Both the position numbers and the translations under genes were made by a program. Below are positions 50,119 through 63,233 of a stretch of 64,000 bases of DNA, in pieces. The stretch is from assembly GCA_965112155.1 (NCBI GenBank), contig OZ218114.1. One strand, 5' to 3'. A model generated the notes under the pieces. It did not search any database. It saw only the letters and a list, made by a program, of their open reading frames with translations, and was not told the origin of the DNA. Source of the DNA: Podarcis liolepis. Its lineage: Eukaryota. The stretch's first letter is position 1. Each line of letters opens with the position of its first letter.

Positions 50119-53100
50119 AAATTGTGGACCACTAACCTGACTGCATATACACAGTTTTCTGTGTTCATGGGAGCATCTCCATCCTGATGTATACCAGGAT
50201 GGTCTGGCACATAAAGGCAGTTGTCATATGTTCACATATTTCAATACTATTGGTCAAATCTAGAATCCACCCACCTACAGTAATACTCAAGAAGACTGCA
50301 GTGAAACTAGTTTTAATTAAAATGGGAGAAGCTTTTTAATGATGTGAAAGCCTTGTGAAGTTGAAGCATTTATCCCACCCACCCAAAAATGTTTTGGCCC
50401 CATGACAAAAATCCATTTTAAGCTCAGGAGATATTGATTCTGGATGCCCCAACATCTGATCCAATTAGACATACAGCCTTACCTATTCTTGATCTACTAA
50501 ATGACTGTGGTCTGCCTTCAGACACTGACAAAGACCAGAATTTCTAGGGTGCATTAAAACAATTTCTTCCCTTGAAAAATGACATCATCCCTCATTGGAA
50601 ATTCAGCACTGAGACATTCAAGTTCACCAGGCTCTTCTAAATAAACCAAACTAGGTTTTGCTTGCTTTCAAACTTCACAATATGAGCTGCTTCACCTATT
50701 ATCAAGCACACATTTTATCTTCCCCTGAGAAGGTGGTGGTGATTGGGCGGGGGGAGACGTTTAATAGGACAAGGAGAAAAATATTTTAGGGAAGCTAGTT
50801 AACAGCTTCTTCAGAGGCAACTTCAATCAGGGGCTGAGCTTTCACTGTTTCCCAGAGAGATACTGTTCTTCAAATTAGATACCTGGAAAATGACTTCTTC
50901 TTTTTTTGCTAGTCTAAAAAAAGAAAGGGCTGTGTATGTAGCCCATGATAAATATAGGCCAAGATGGAGCTATTACCTCCTCAGTCTTGAGGCTGAGGAG
51001 GCAGTCTCTGAAGTTTCTCCCAAGTTCTGAACGAAGCTTTTAACAGGGTAGGAACTTATTTATTTCTTACATGTATATCTCACCTTTTCTTCCAAGGAGC
51101 TTGAGAAGGTGTACATGGTTCTCCCTCTCCTCATATAATCCCTACAACACATCTGTGCGGTAGGTTAGGCTGATAGGCAGTGACTGGCCAAAGCTACCCA
51201 GCGAGAGCTTCGTGGCCAAGTGGCAATTCGGATCCTGGTCTTCCAGGTCAGAGTCCAGCACTCTAAACACTGCACCTCACTGGTGCTCAAAGAGGTGCTC
51301 CCTGATGACAGCAGGGAATTCCAAGGGTGGGGTGAGAAGTGTATCATTCCCACCCCCACCCCCTTCTTGTGCCAGCTTAAGGTGGGGAGCGAGCAGAGAG
51401 GAGAGTGTTGCTGCTACCTATAAATAAAAGCTTGTCTATTTGGCAGATGGGGCTGGTTGTCTCTGCTGTATTTCAGGTCCGCTAGTAGTTATTACAGCCC
51501 CCATCTATTTATTGTTTTGGTTTATATTGACATTTAAGGATAACTTATCTATCTTTAACTGTGATTTCTGCATTTCAGGGGGTTAAACTAGATGGCCCTT
51601 TTGGTCCCTTCCAACTCTACAATTCTACATGTTCTGCTGCGCTAAAATGTGGAACTTTTATTTTATCTTATTTGTGGGGGTTTTCAGATGCTGTAAACCC
51701 CTCAGCGGCTTCTTTAAAGTACAAAGAAGTATAAAAATTAGCTAAATAAATAAGGAAATATCGTGTCAGAATATTTTTTTCCACAACCAAGTGTCAAACA
51801 ATCCTTGGCGCCATTCATGGTCATTGTGCACACATGAGCCAGAAGAGGACAGAGGATGGTTGTCATGTACCACGTACCGTACCTGTGGTCGTGTTCAATG
51901 GGGCAGCACACAATTTGGAGAGGATGCCCAGTAATGAAATTTATGCATAAGTCATTCCATGATAGCAGAGAGAGGTGGTCTAGGCACCCATATAGGACCT
52001 GGCAAGCAATCTTGGTCTCAGAGGTGGGTAGCGCTTTGACCTGACTATAACAGCAAAATCTGAACACGGGTAGAAATATCAATGGGAATTCAGCTTATTC
52101 CCACAAATTAAGGACTCTGGGATCCAAAATGAAATCAGGCTCTCTCTGTGACATACATCTTTATAGACAGGCTTATAAAAAATTAATCCACTGGCACAAA
52201 CCACTGAATGGCTTTGAAAAAAAGTGGCCTCAACATTTGCTTGCCAGTGCTAAGTGCAAAGTGCAATGTACGGAACAGCAAACATTGGCTGCTCCCGTAA
52301 ACCATACAGCCAGAGCTGTGTAGTGGTTAGTGTATTGAAGTAGGACTTGGGAGAGACCAGGGCTCAAATCACCCCTTGGCAAGAAAGTCCCCTGGGCCTC
52401 TTGGGCATCTCAGCCTAACCTACCTCACAGGGTTGTTTGGGAATTAAATGAGGAGGGAGAATGTACACCACCTTGAGCAACTTGGAGAAAAGAGTGGGAT
52501 ATAAATGCAACACATGCAATTGCACCGCACCCCCCCCCCAGCTTGCCCTTCCCCTATTCCTAAGAATTAGCACTGGGATGACCCTCATCCCGGCTTGTCT
52601 GCTCACACACACACCAATGTCCACTGCAAGATGGATAGTGCTAGGCGACTGCCAACTATAGGTACATGTGCACATGCACACTCACAACATGGATCAAGGA
52701 TATACCAGCCTTCACCACCTCTTCCAAGAAGCTTTTAGTACAAACCCTTATTCTGCTCCCTAACACTGCCTTCGCTAACCTAGTGCCCTCCAGTTGTTTT
52801 GAAATACAACTCATGTGAGCACCAGCATCCTACAACTGTGCTGGGCCAATGGGAGCTGTAGCCCTGTATATCTGGAAGGCACCAGGTTGGGGAAAGTCCA
52901 AGCACACTTAGCTGATTTTGCTCACTTTGTCCCCGTTATCCTTTCCCAGAGGCTGAAAATCATGTTATATTGAGGGCCTGCCTTTCTTCTATCACAGAAC
53001 TCAAGGCAGTGCACAGAGGAAGGAAGGAAACTCAATAGTAGAGCATCTGCTTTGCATGCAGAAGGTCCCAAATTCAATCCCCAGTCTCTGAAGATAGGAT

Positions 53101-53568
53101 TAGTAGAGACTCCTGCCTGAAACTCTGGAGAGCTGCTGTCAGGCGGTATAGACAGCAGTGAGCTACATGGGCCAATGGTCTGATAATACATGCTCCTAGG
53201 CACCCCAGGTAGTCTCCCATCCAGGCCCTGATCCACACCAATAATATGTGCCTTCATGGACCACATCCTGGTAAAATTAGGCTGCAAGCTTCTCAGGGGA
53301 AGGAAATGCCTTCTCCTCTCTCCTCCCCCATGTTGCTCTGTGTGCAACTATTTTCATAATAATGCCAAGAGGCACATTGTGATTCACCTAATTCTGCACA
53401 GGCCCCCATGTCTGCAAGCACTTGACCCACTGGACTAACCTATTATCATGTTTGCACACCTAACAGCCCTCCCCATATATACACACACACACCTGCAAGG
53501 TACAGGCATCCGTGTGTGTGATAACAAAGCATCATTCAGTCAGGACAACAACATATAAAACTGCACAA

Positions 53569-53759
53569 CATAGGAGCCAACTCCTAGGGGCCGTGGGGGC
53601 TTCAGTCCCAACAATAAAATATTTAAGGGGGGCCGGGCCTCCACAAAGTTGATGGGCATTCCCATTCAAATGGTGTGTGTGCACCACATCATGTGATCAA
53701 TTACGCAGGGCGGGGCTTGCCTCGGCCCCTACAATATTTTACTCAAGTTGGCACCCCTG
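53569..53759. mobile_element. Non-autonomous hAT element
   Basis: TIRs CATAGGAGCCAACT / AGTTGGCACCCCTG; perfect 8-bp TSD CTGCACAA (53561-53568, 53760-53767). Confidence 0.9.
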
Positions 53760-54725
53760 CTGCACAACTTGCACTGCATGATACTACAAGGGGATAACTG
53801 GCTTCTGAGCCACCATACACACCCACCCCCCTGGGGCTGGCTCCACATTCTACTCTTCTCGGGGACAATCTGTCCAAGTGACTTTCCATCAGAGCTCCTT
53901 CAAGAGACAACAGGCTGGAGGATGCACTCAGGAAGCCGGGAGGGAGGTTACCGTGCCGCCATGCTGAGTAACTGCATTTGGAGCTGCAGCCAGCTGCTGC
54001 TCATGAAGGGTGGGGAGTGGGAATCTCTTTCAGAGGACAGCAGAAGATGGGCGTGAAGCAGGCCGCCTTCTCATTTCCCCTCTGCAACCAAGCAGCAGTC
54101 AGTGTGAGCCTCTCCTGGTATCAATCAACACGAAGAGGGGGATTCTAAGGGGAAGACCGGTGTCTCAGCAAGCCAGGCCCCCTCAACAGCCACCATGTGG
54201 CTATGACCTAGAGAGAAGTACAAAGCAAGAGGACCCACAGCCACCAGAAAGAGAGATTTACTCTTGCTGGGTGGATGCACCTTCCAGGCAGGAAATCAAA
54301 CTTCTGCCTGCCTGCATCTTTGACCCCTATTGCTTTGCTCAGCGGGGGGCGGGGGGGTGTCTATGCAACCATTTTGCAACCCCAGTTGGAATGGTGACCT
54401 CTAACCTCCAGCTGAGGATGAGGTAAATGCGGGGGGGGGGGAGACAGGGTGTCCACCAGATCAAGGTGAGAGTGAAGAATTGGAGGTGGGATAGCAGAGC
54501 CACTCCCCAAGTACTAGGCTGAGAGAGAGCTGTACGGAAAGGCCAGATGCCTTCAGACAAGCAGTTCACAAGATGCTCCATTTCCAGACACCTCCTACCC
54601 CTCCCGCCTGCCCCCCCCCCAATATCAGACACGAAGAGAAAAATCCAGACTGACAAGCAGCCTTGCAGGTAGGCAGACAGAACAGAGAATAAAAGGGGTG
54701 GGGGCGGGGAAAGAGACCCACTTAC

Positions 54726-54770
54726 AAAGCAGTTGAGCATGGAGCATGAGACACGGCCCGGTAGAGTCAT
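54726..54770 (-). CDS. MTMR4: MTMR4 alternative first coding exon (long isoform N-terminus)
   Basis: MTLPGRVSCSMLNCF|GTAAGT, phase 0; resembles the MSLTARVSCSMLSCF N-terminus I recall for mammalian MTMR4; preceded by GC-rich leader. Confidence 0.85.
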
Positions 54771-55420
54771 GGTCGCTTCCCGGGGAGGTCGCCGGCTCGG
54801 GGGCAGGCAAGTGGCATCGCTTCCCCCTGCCCCTCTAACGACTCAGGCAGGCGGGCAGGCACGCCAAGACATGCAAAGGGCTAGAGCATCTCTGCCGCCG
54901 CTGCCGCCAGAGCAGGTGCGCTGGCTGCTTCAGTGGCTGCTGACAATGGAGGGGAGGGGAAGGAAGGAGGCGGAGGAGGAGGAGGAGGAGGGAAAGAGAC
55001 TCCACCTCTCTCTGATAGAAGCCAGAGGAGGCTCTGCCATGCCAGGGGACTCCCTGACAGCCAAACACAGAAAATGGAGTCCCTTACAGCAGGGTTCTGG
55101 GCTCGGCAACCCTTGCCCGCCCCCTTTGTCCTGGGACTACAGGGGCGGAAAGGAAAGGGGCCAAGAGGCATGTGCTGGAATGCACAGGGAACAATAGCAG
55201 CAGCGGCAGTGGCAGCCTGGCTTTGTGTGTTCCGGCAGGAGAAAGACCCGGCCAGGATTCCACTCGGAGCTCACGTCCAGTCCATGCAGGACAGCCAAGC
55301 AGCAGGAGAGCAGAAAAGGGGCATGCCGCTGCCGTGCCTGCCAGCTCTGCTGCACGGCTACCCGGGGCCTGCAGTCTCCTCTGGCTAGGATCCAAAGACT
55401 ACATGGTTGACATCTCAGGA
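54771..55420 (-). promoter_or_regulatory. GC-rich promoter/5'UTR of the MTLPG isoform of MTMR4
   Basis: Elevated GC/CpG, (CCT)n and (GCG/GCA)n tracts, no repeats. Confidence 0.65.
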
Positions 55421-56674
55421 AGACGCACACCCCGCAATAAGGCACAACAACACAAGAGACTCAGGCCAAAGCAAGGAAAGGAGGGAGTGTGCTTAGACCT
55501 CGCTCTGGCCCCAAAGGAGCTGCCTCCTTCAGCACCCAAGGGAGGCTGGGCAACAAAGTCAGCTCAAAATGGGTGGGGGAATTCCCCAGGTATCACTGCA
55601 CTGATTGCATGAGAAGAGGGGTTCTCTGGACAGGTGGTGGAAGCTGAGGGGACAGCTGCCCAAGCCCGACCTCTTATGCAAGACTACAAGGGGAGTCTTG
55701 TTTTGTCAAAAGCTAGGGGGGAAAGCAGTAGCTTTTGTGGGGGTGAGAGCACAAGAGAGAGAGCAAGCGGGGTGTAGAGGTTCGAGTGTTGGATTAGGAC
55801 CTGGGAGATCAGGGTTCAAATTCCCACGCAGCCATGAAGCTCAATGGGGGTGACCTGCCACTCAGCCTAACCAACCTCACAGGGTTGTTATGGAGATTAA
55901 ATGGGGAGGGGGGAAATCAAGTAAGCCACCTTGAGCTCCACGGAGAAAACGGTAGGGTAAAAATGCAATGATAAATAAAACAAACAAATAATTGCTCCCT
56001 TGATCTATGAACCTTGCCAGGGGGGTGGGGGTGGGATTTCTGAACTAACAGAGCCACATTCTGTGAGAGGGTGACAAACCACCTTAAGCTCCTCAGTCAG
56101 ATGCTCAGGAGTAGATGCCCCTCCCATTTCTGGAGAACAACATGCTATACCATCCTCTTCTTAAATTTATTGGGACCATGAGCCCTCAGCACACACTGTC
56201 AGCAATCAAGTAGGTTATAACTACAAAGCATCTAAAAATAGCCCAAATAAAGGAAAAAAGCCAGGCAAAATATAACACTTTTTAAACCCCACCTATTCAA
56301 AGATTAACTCTGCCCAAACTGAAAAGCACCACAATTCTTCTGCATGGGGCAATCTGGGGGACAGGGATTCTCTTGCAGCCTACCTTAGCGGCAATCGGTT
56401 AAATGCTGAATAATGGTAGAACTTGGGCAGAAGATCAAGATGTTGCTAAGCAGCCTGAGTCCTCTGCTGACATAACTAGAGGACTATGTTGGTTCTGCCT
56501 TGTTATTTCCTCTCCAGGTCCCCTGCTAGATCAGGCATTGCTTACTTGGGAATTAGGGTCCTGCTCCAGCACGAAGCAACGCAAGCCTAGTGCTGAGGAC
56601 AAATCTAGGTGTTATGCAACAGTCCTATTCGCAGCTCTCTGCTTGCCTCTTTCAAGGTGGGAGTGGGGCATATA

Positions 56675-56843
56675 CCGTATTTTTCGCTCTATAACACGCA
56701 CCCGACCATAACACGCACATAGTTTTTAGAGGAGGAAAATCCGTAGGCATGCCACCCGTAGGCATTCCCTCCATAACATGCACAGACATTTCCCCTTACT
56801 TTTTAGGAGGAAAAAAGTGAGTGTTGTGGTGCAAAAAATACGG
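56675..56843. mobile_element. Tc1/mariner-superfamily MITE
   Basis: TIRs CCGTATTTTTCGCTCTATAACACGCAC / GTGAGTGTTGTGGTGCAAAAAATACGG flanked by TA on both sides. Confidence 0.9.
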
Positions 56844-59370
56844 TATATGCAGGGGAAATGGGTTACTGGAAAAGGGAATCTCCTCTAAGAACTGGAGAAG
56901 CACCTATCCGCTGGAGATGCTTCAGGGAATCCCCAAGAGTTAGTTATCCAGCCTTTCCTTGAAGGCCTCCAACAAGGGAGAGAGCCCACCACTCCTCAAG
57001 CTGTTCTTACCAGGACAAATGCTTGTCCTCTTCTCTGGGACAGCCATTCAGGGGGTTGAAAATTATACTCAAGTTCCCTCCTCTGCCTACCCTCCTCCAG
57101 GCTGAACATTCCCAGTCACTTCAATCTTTCCCCCATCAGACTTATTTTCCATGCCAGTGACCTTCTTTCTTGCCCTCCTCTGAAGCGGTTCCAATTTGTC
57201 TCATTCGAACTCTTACCAGCCTACTGGCTCTCTCTGCAAACACTCCCACCCCCCAACTGCTTTTATTTCAGGTCCTGGAGCCTTGCCAGAGTGCGGGAGG
57301 AACTGACTGGGAAGGGGGTGGCACTGGCCTGAGATCACAGCTGGGCCCAGGAAAGGTGAGGCTTCTATAAAACATCTCCAGGAACTTTAGGAACGTAAGG
57401 TAGACATGCCGTTTCACCTCAATTCACGTTTTACCTCACTAAAGAACCCTAGACAGTGGCTTCCTGCTTGAGGTGCCTGGGTTGCTGTAAGCCGCCTTAC
57501 AAAGAATCATAATACCATCACAATTTAAAGCAACAAGAAGTCAAAGCACAATAGAAAAAGAGCTCCCTCATGTCAGAGGTAACCGGGGCTTGTGCCTAGC
57601 AGTTGTTCAAATGCAATGAAAGTGAAAGCTATCCAGCCAAATACAGATGAAGGCCATTTCATTAAGGTTCTATCAAAACACACCCATACTTCTAATATGA
57701 CCCTCCACTAGACAACAGCTAGCCTACATTGTCACCGGGGGCAGCAGGGGCGGGACGTCACATACGTGTGCAGATGCCACTTCTAGTGTGCTTCTTCTAG
57801 CTCCTCTACAGCTAGAAGAGATCAATTCACTTGTCCTCACCACCTGCAGCCATCTCCACTCACCTGTGGCTCACAGAGGCCTTGAGGCAAGGGTTGCTCC
57901 CAGCTTGGCTACCTGAACACCAAACTATACCTGGCATCCATCAGGCAGTTTGCCCTTGAGTGACAGGTTCCTTCATCACAAACAGCCAGCGTTGGTCTGG
58001 ACTAGAACTCTATAGGAGGTGGGGAGGGCTTTAATCCCTCCCTTCCCGCCTGCCATTTATTCTAATGGGAGCTCCCCAGCTGCAAATAGCAGGCACAGGA
58101 GCCCCTTCAGGACTGAGAGCAGAAGGCAAAGGGTTAAAGCCCTTTCTTCCTCCACATGCTAGGGTCTGATCTAGAACTCCTAATCACCCCAACTTTATTG
58201 GAAAGCCTACACCTCCACTAAAAAGCAGACCACGGGATTAACATCATATGTAGCTTGGAACAGAAGATCTGGAGATGCCAAGAGCCTTATCTTGGGACCT
58301 TATCTCTGAAAAACCTGTGCTATTCCCCTCCTGCCTGTGATCTCAGGACAGTAACAATTTTCATTTTTTATTTCATTTAAAAGCATTCATAAACCACTTG
58401 ATAGTTGAAAATGTTCTAAGTAGAATACAATGTAAAAAACCCAACGATATCACTAAAACACACAGTAAAAACCAATAAAACAATAATATAAAAGTATATT
58501 TTTTTAAAAAACAAAACCAGGAATTCAAGGGATTCAAACACATAAAAACAGGGTCCGATTGTACGGGTCAGGGAATAGCAGTAAAGAAGCCTGCACATCT
58601 GTTTCTAGCTGGCCTAAGAATAGAAGAATTATTATTGGCTAGGCACTTATAAATTAGAGAAGGGCTGTACCAGGATAGAAAATGAGTCCTGCCCACAGGC
58701 TGACATTCTAGGGTCCTCCTTCTAAAGGCCTTGGGCAGAAAGCTGTCCCTCCCAAGCCCTCTACTCACCAGCCCCTGGTCTCCCCCTACATCTTGTCTTA
58801 AAAAGAGAGTCAAGCAAGGGGTGTGGGTCATTTTTATGTGGAGAGAAGCATACTGGCAGTGGGCAGAACAAAGGTGGCAGTGGGTGGGGCCACCCCTCTC
58901 TTCCCCCCCTCCCCCCCCTCCAAGACATGTGAACTGATCACTTGCAAGGGACTTTTCTTTCCCCTTTTTCTTTCCTCTCCCCACTCAGTTCAGCTTCTCC
59001 CCACCACACAGACATTCCCTCTGGACTCCAGCCACATGAAACCAGGTAGAGGCTGACCTGCCCTTCCTGCCCCCCAAGCTCTTTAAAGAGGAATCATGTC
59101 CCTCCATAAATGACTGCAGCAAGAAAGTTGGGCAAGACCTTCCTACCCAAAGAGAAGCATGCTGCAGCCACCTCCATTCTGCAGCACTTGATCTCAGATC
59201 AGCGTCTCCTTAGCCCTCGGCACAGCATTTCTGCATCCTTCAGCTCTTATTGCAGAAGCCATGCAGGCACAGAACCGGCGGCCTCCAGCCACCACCAGAG
59301 CGAACCTCAAAACAAATCCGCAGCAGAGTGAGATGGAGACAAGGCAAAACAGAACAGAAAGCCCACTCAC

Positions 59371-59422
59371 CATGGTCATTCTCCAGATGTCGGTTCTCTC
59401 TCCGGAGCTGCTGAAGATCCAC
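59371..59422 (-). CDS. MTMR4: MTMR4 alternative leader exon ending in the start codon (M or MTM + GEEGPP...)
   Basis: aaatatag|GTGGATC...AGAATGACCATG|GTGAGT; terminal ATG joins in frame to GGT GAA of the 47405 exon, giving the classic MGEEGPP start. Confidence 0.8.
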
Positions 59423-59916
59423 CTATATTTTTGAGAAAAGGAAGCCTGTGTAGGAACTGGATGTGTTGGCTGCAACCAGAAGCAATGGTGGCTTGGGCCT
59501 GCTGTCACAAAGGCCTCCTTCATATGCTCCTTGACACAAAAACACCAAGTGCCAAACCGTGTGAATGCGAAGAGGCTGGCAAGGAGCACTGCACCCAGAC
59601 TCAAAGTATCAAAGCTTCCTCAGAAAGCACACAAGGAGAGTGAATGTCTATCCTGCAACCCTCACCCCTGCCACCGTTTTACAATCCATGTAGAAGAAAG
59701 TCCACATATTAGCCTATCTTCCTAGCAGGTGCTTCCGGTATGGAAACGTGACATTGCAGGCCCAGATAAGCAACATTAGAGGAAACTTGAGAGTGCCTTG
59801 GAGCAAAGGGAAGATCACTGTCCACTATAGAATGTATTTTGTGTGCCTTTTGTATATGTAAAAGCTTTGGTCCCAATCTGATGTGATGAAGAGGTGCTTC
59901 CCAGTTCACTCTAACC

Positions 59917-60195
59917 CAGTGGTTTCCAAAGCAGGCAATAGTATTACCTACAATGCTAAGAGGTGGGGGTGCGGCACTGGAGGTTTATTTGACTATCAGA
60001 CTTTGAAAAGCTGGTAACACTGAATCAGGTTTGGTTGAATTGATTAAACAAAATAGTTCTAATTGCATTTTCAATAAATGTGCAATGAATTGTTTTGAAT
60101 GTTATTGCATCATTCTCTTCCTTAGCAGGTTGTACAAACCCATTAGGTTCATGAAATCAAGGGGGCAGTGGCCCCAAAAAGTTTGGGAACCGCTG
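59917..60195. mobile_element. Older hAT non-autonomous element
   Basis: CAGTGGTTTCCAAA ... TTTGGGAACCGCTG; TSD degenerate. Confidence 0.7.
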
Positions 60196-60789
60196 CCCCT
60201 ACCCCTTGCCTGCCCAATGCTAGCTCAGCCAGTCTTGCCATCCAGACTACTAACAACTAGGATTTAAGGGGGAACAATCCTAGTTTTCCATATCTGCATA
60301 GCGAAGCCCTGCCCAATCTGGGACCCTCCAGAGGTTTTGGACTGCATGTTGGCTGAGGGAGATTTGGACTGCAAAACACTGGGTGGACACCACATCAAGC
60401 AAGGCTTTTATACAAATTAAGCCAAGAATGGAAATTCTATTAGCAGGGAAAATACAGTCTGTTATGTGCAGACCTGGAGTAACCTTGTGAGAAATATTGA
60501 TTCTCTTTTCAAGATACTTGGCACTCGACATCTGCTTTTTTGGTCACGACTAATGTGAGTCACAGTCCAAAGCATTTGAAAGAAACCAAGCTAGGAAAGG
60601 GTAGTGGTGCGGGGTTGTTTTACTATCATGGAAATTGTTTCATACTTGACCAGTTCAAGTATGGGGCTGGGAGGATTGTACCTCTACATCCCTTTTTAAA
60701 TCATCTTGAAACGTTATTACATTCAATATCAAAATATTTATCGATGATTTAAAACCATTTGTAAACTGTTTTATATATTTAAAATTTCC

Positions 60790-61008
60790 GAGCAGAATCC
60801 GTTCGACTTCTAAAGTGTTCAAAAACCAAAGCACGGCTTCTGATTGGCTGCAGGAACCTCCTACAGCCAATCGGAAGCTACAGAAGCCCCGTCAGACGTT
60901 TGTCTTCCAAAGGAACGTTCGAAAACTGGAACAGTCACTTCTGGGTTTCAATCGTTCGGGAGCCAAAATGTTTGAGAACTAGGCAATTAAAAAACCAAGG
61001 TACAACTG
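60790..61008. mobile_element. Tigger/pogo-like MITE, one end missing
   Basis: Right end ccaaggtacaactg|ta; central hairpin gcttctgattggctgcagga-acc-tcctacagccaatcggaagc (60836-60878). Confidence 0.75.
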
Positions 61009-62239
61009 TACTTTTAAAACAATGATACAACCTAAAAAAAAAACCCAGAAATTTATCCAAAGAAGAAAGGCTGGGCTACAGAAAAATTGCAATATGAAAG
61101 AAAATTTCTTCAAATGATGCAAAACATGGAATTCATGGCCACCACAGTGTGCAGAGATGGCTGCCTTGTAAGGTTGTATGAAAATGAGACTAATTCATGG
61201 ACTGAGAGACAGCTATCACTTGCCAATGACTAAACTGAACTCCCCCATTCAGAGGCAGTCTATCTATGAATACTGGTTGCTGCAAGAGCAACTTGTTTGA
61301 TTACCCTGCCGATGAGTTTCTTGGAGGCATCTTATTGGCTGCTGTGGGACAAGAAGGGCCTTTGGTTTCATCCAGCTGCAGGGCTCTCTCTCTTCTTATG
61401 TTCAAAGGGCTTTAGGCAAATTAGGGGAGATTTCCACTTTTAATCATGGTGTATATATGGATATATGTTCTGAGGAAGTGCATGTCTGACTACCAGTTTC
61501 TGGAGGCTAGGGAACAGTGAGGAAGGGCTTTTGCCTTTATGACTGTGGACTTGATAGAAGCATCTATTTGAAAGCAGGATGCTGGACCAGATAAAACACA
61601 GACTGGCCTTATCCAGCAGGGCTCTTATGTTTTTAACATGCTGGGAAAAGAGGAAGCCTCCCAGCCTCCTAATCAATCACAGAGAGGCTGACTGGACCCA
61701 TCTGACATATCAACCACACCCAACACCTTCTCCAAATATGCAGACTCTACCTATTATGCAATTGTGTGTGTGTATGTATGTGAGAGAAACTGTATGAGCA
61801 GATTTATTGTTTCATTTATAGCTGGGTTCTGGCTCCCCTTTTTATAATAATTACACACTTCTTATGGTTGCTGTAGTTTTCAAACACTTTGAAATGTAGC
61901 CTCTGGAAGCGAGATACATTTCACAAAAGAAGCACTTCTGATGGTGCCTGTACCAGTCCCTGGATGTATTCAATATAAGCCAGTGTTTCTGAAACCTGGG
62001 TCCCCAGCTGTTGTTGGACTACAACATCCCTGACCACTGGTCCTGCTAACAACAGCACACTGCAACAGGCCAAATCAAATTTGACATAGTTCTGGCCTAC
62101 ATTTAGGTTATAAATGTAAACAGGGACTCAGGCACTTTCACCTGTGCTATATGAACTCTCAAGTGGTTGTGCAGGAAGCACAAAATTACTCCAACAAGGC
62201 AGCGTGTGGCTTGAAGGCACATGATGCAGCCACCTTGTG

Positions 62240-62360
62240 AAAAGCTAAGCAGATCCAGGTCTGGTTGTTGCCTGGATGGGAGACTGCCTGGGAAACTGCT
62301 TTCTAACACCTCAAGATCCATTGTGGGGGGAAATCAGATGTAAATGTAATGAATAAAAAA
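62240..62360 (+). mobile_element. 5S rRNA-derived SINE/pseudogene fragment
   Basis: aagctaagcag...ctggtt...tggatgggagactgcctgggaa matches 5S internal promoter region (box A to box C); followed by A-rich SINE tail. Confidence 0.7.
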
Positions 62361-63170
62361 CTGGCAGTGTAGTCATATTATTATGAGCATTAGCATTTTT
62401 ATCCCGCTTTTCAGCCAAAAAAACCCTCCCACAGCAGTTTATAAATATCAGTGAAGAGACAATCCCTGATCTTGGGCTAACAATCTGACAGACACCCATG
62501 TAGACATTGGGACAGGCATGCTTTTTCTGTGCAATTCCCCCTGACGGTAATGGAATGCAAGGCCCTGTCACTCTCAGGGGGACTTGCTGTATTTGCATGC
62601 AAAATACATGGTGGAAAGGAACCTTGCACACCAGCCACTCCAGGGTGGATGACAGATTTTAATATTTTTTGTAAAGGAAAAATATTATCTTTGAGGAACA
62701 GAGGCAGTCCTGGACTGTCATATAAAGGAATCCACAGGACCCACAATGCAATTCAGGTCATGATTCTCCCAGGTTGAATCAGACAAATCCACTTTGGAAT
62801 TTGAGTTTGGAAGATTACTCCCTCCTCCTTAGCCACAGATGAGGAAGGGGCCCGATGCAGCAGGTGTTTCAGCAAAGCCTGTGGAGAGGCCTTAAAGTCC
62901 CACATCTCTCTCAAGCCTGATAGAACGGTACATTGAATGGGATTACTCTGAACTAAGTGGATTTCCCAGCAGGATATTTCTTCTACCCTTACCAATGATG
63001 AAGTTCAAATATTACCCCAAAAGATGAACCAATAATTGCTTGCCACTTAATGCCTAGATCAAGGGAAATGGAGCTAATTTACAACATGCTAGGAGAAATT
63101 ATACCTGGGTCTTTGTTCAGCAAATGCAGAAATGAAACGCAGAACTCAAGACATTAGCCATTAAAAGTAC

Positions 63171-63233
63171 CTTGCAAAGTCTCAATCTTCCTCGCTTCGC
63201 AGGCGTCCGATTGTACTGGAAATAGACATTTTC
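63171..63233 (-). other. Putative further-upstream MTMR4 leader exon
   Basis: Strong acceptor cttttcttccctcag| and donor CAAG|GTACTT flanking 63 nt that retain several CpGs in CpG-poor surroundings. Confidence 0.5.

Noticed and set aside
62240-62300. Functional 5S rRNA gene
   Set aside because: 5' end missing, many substitutions, SINE-like tail
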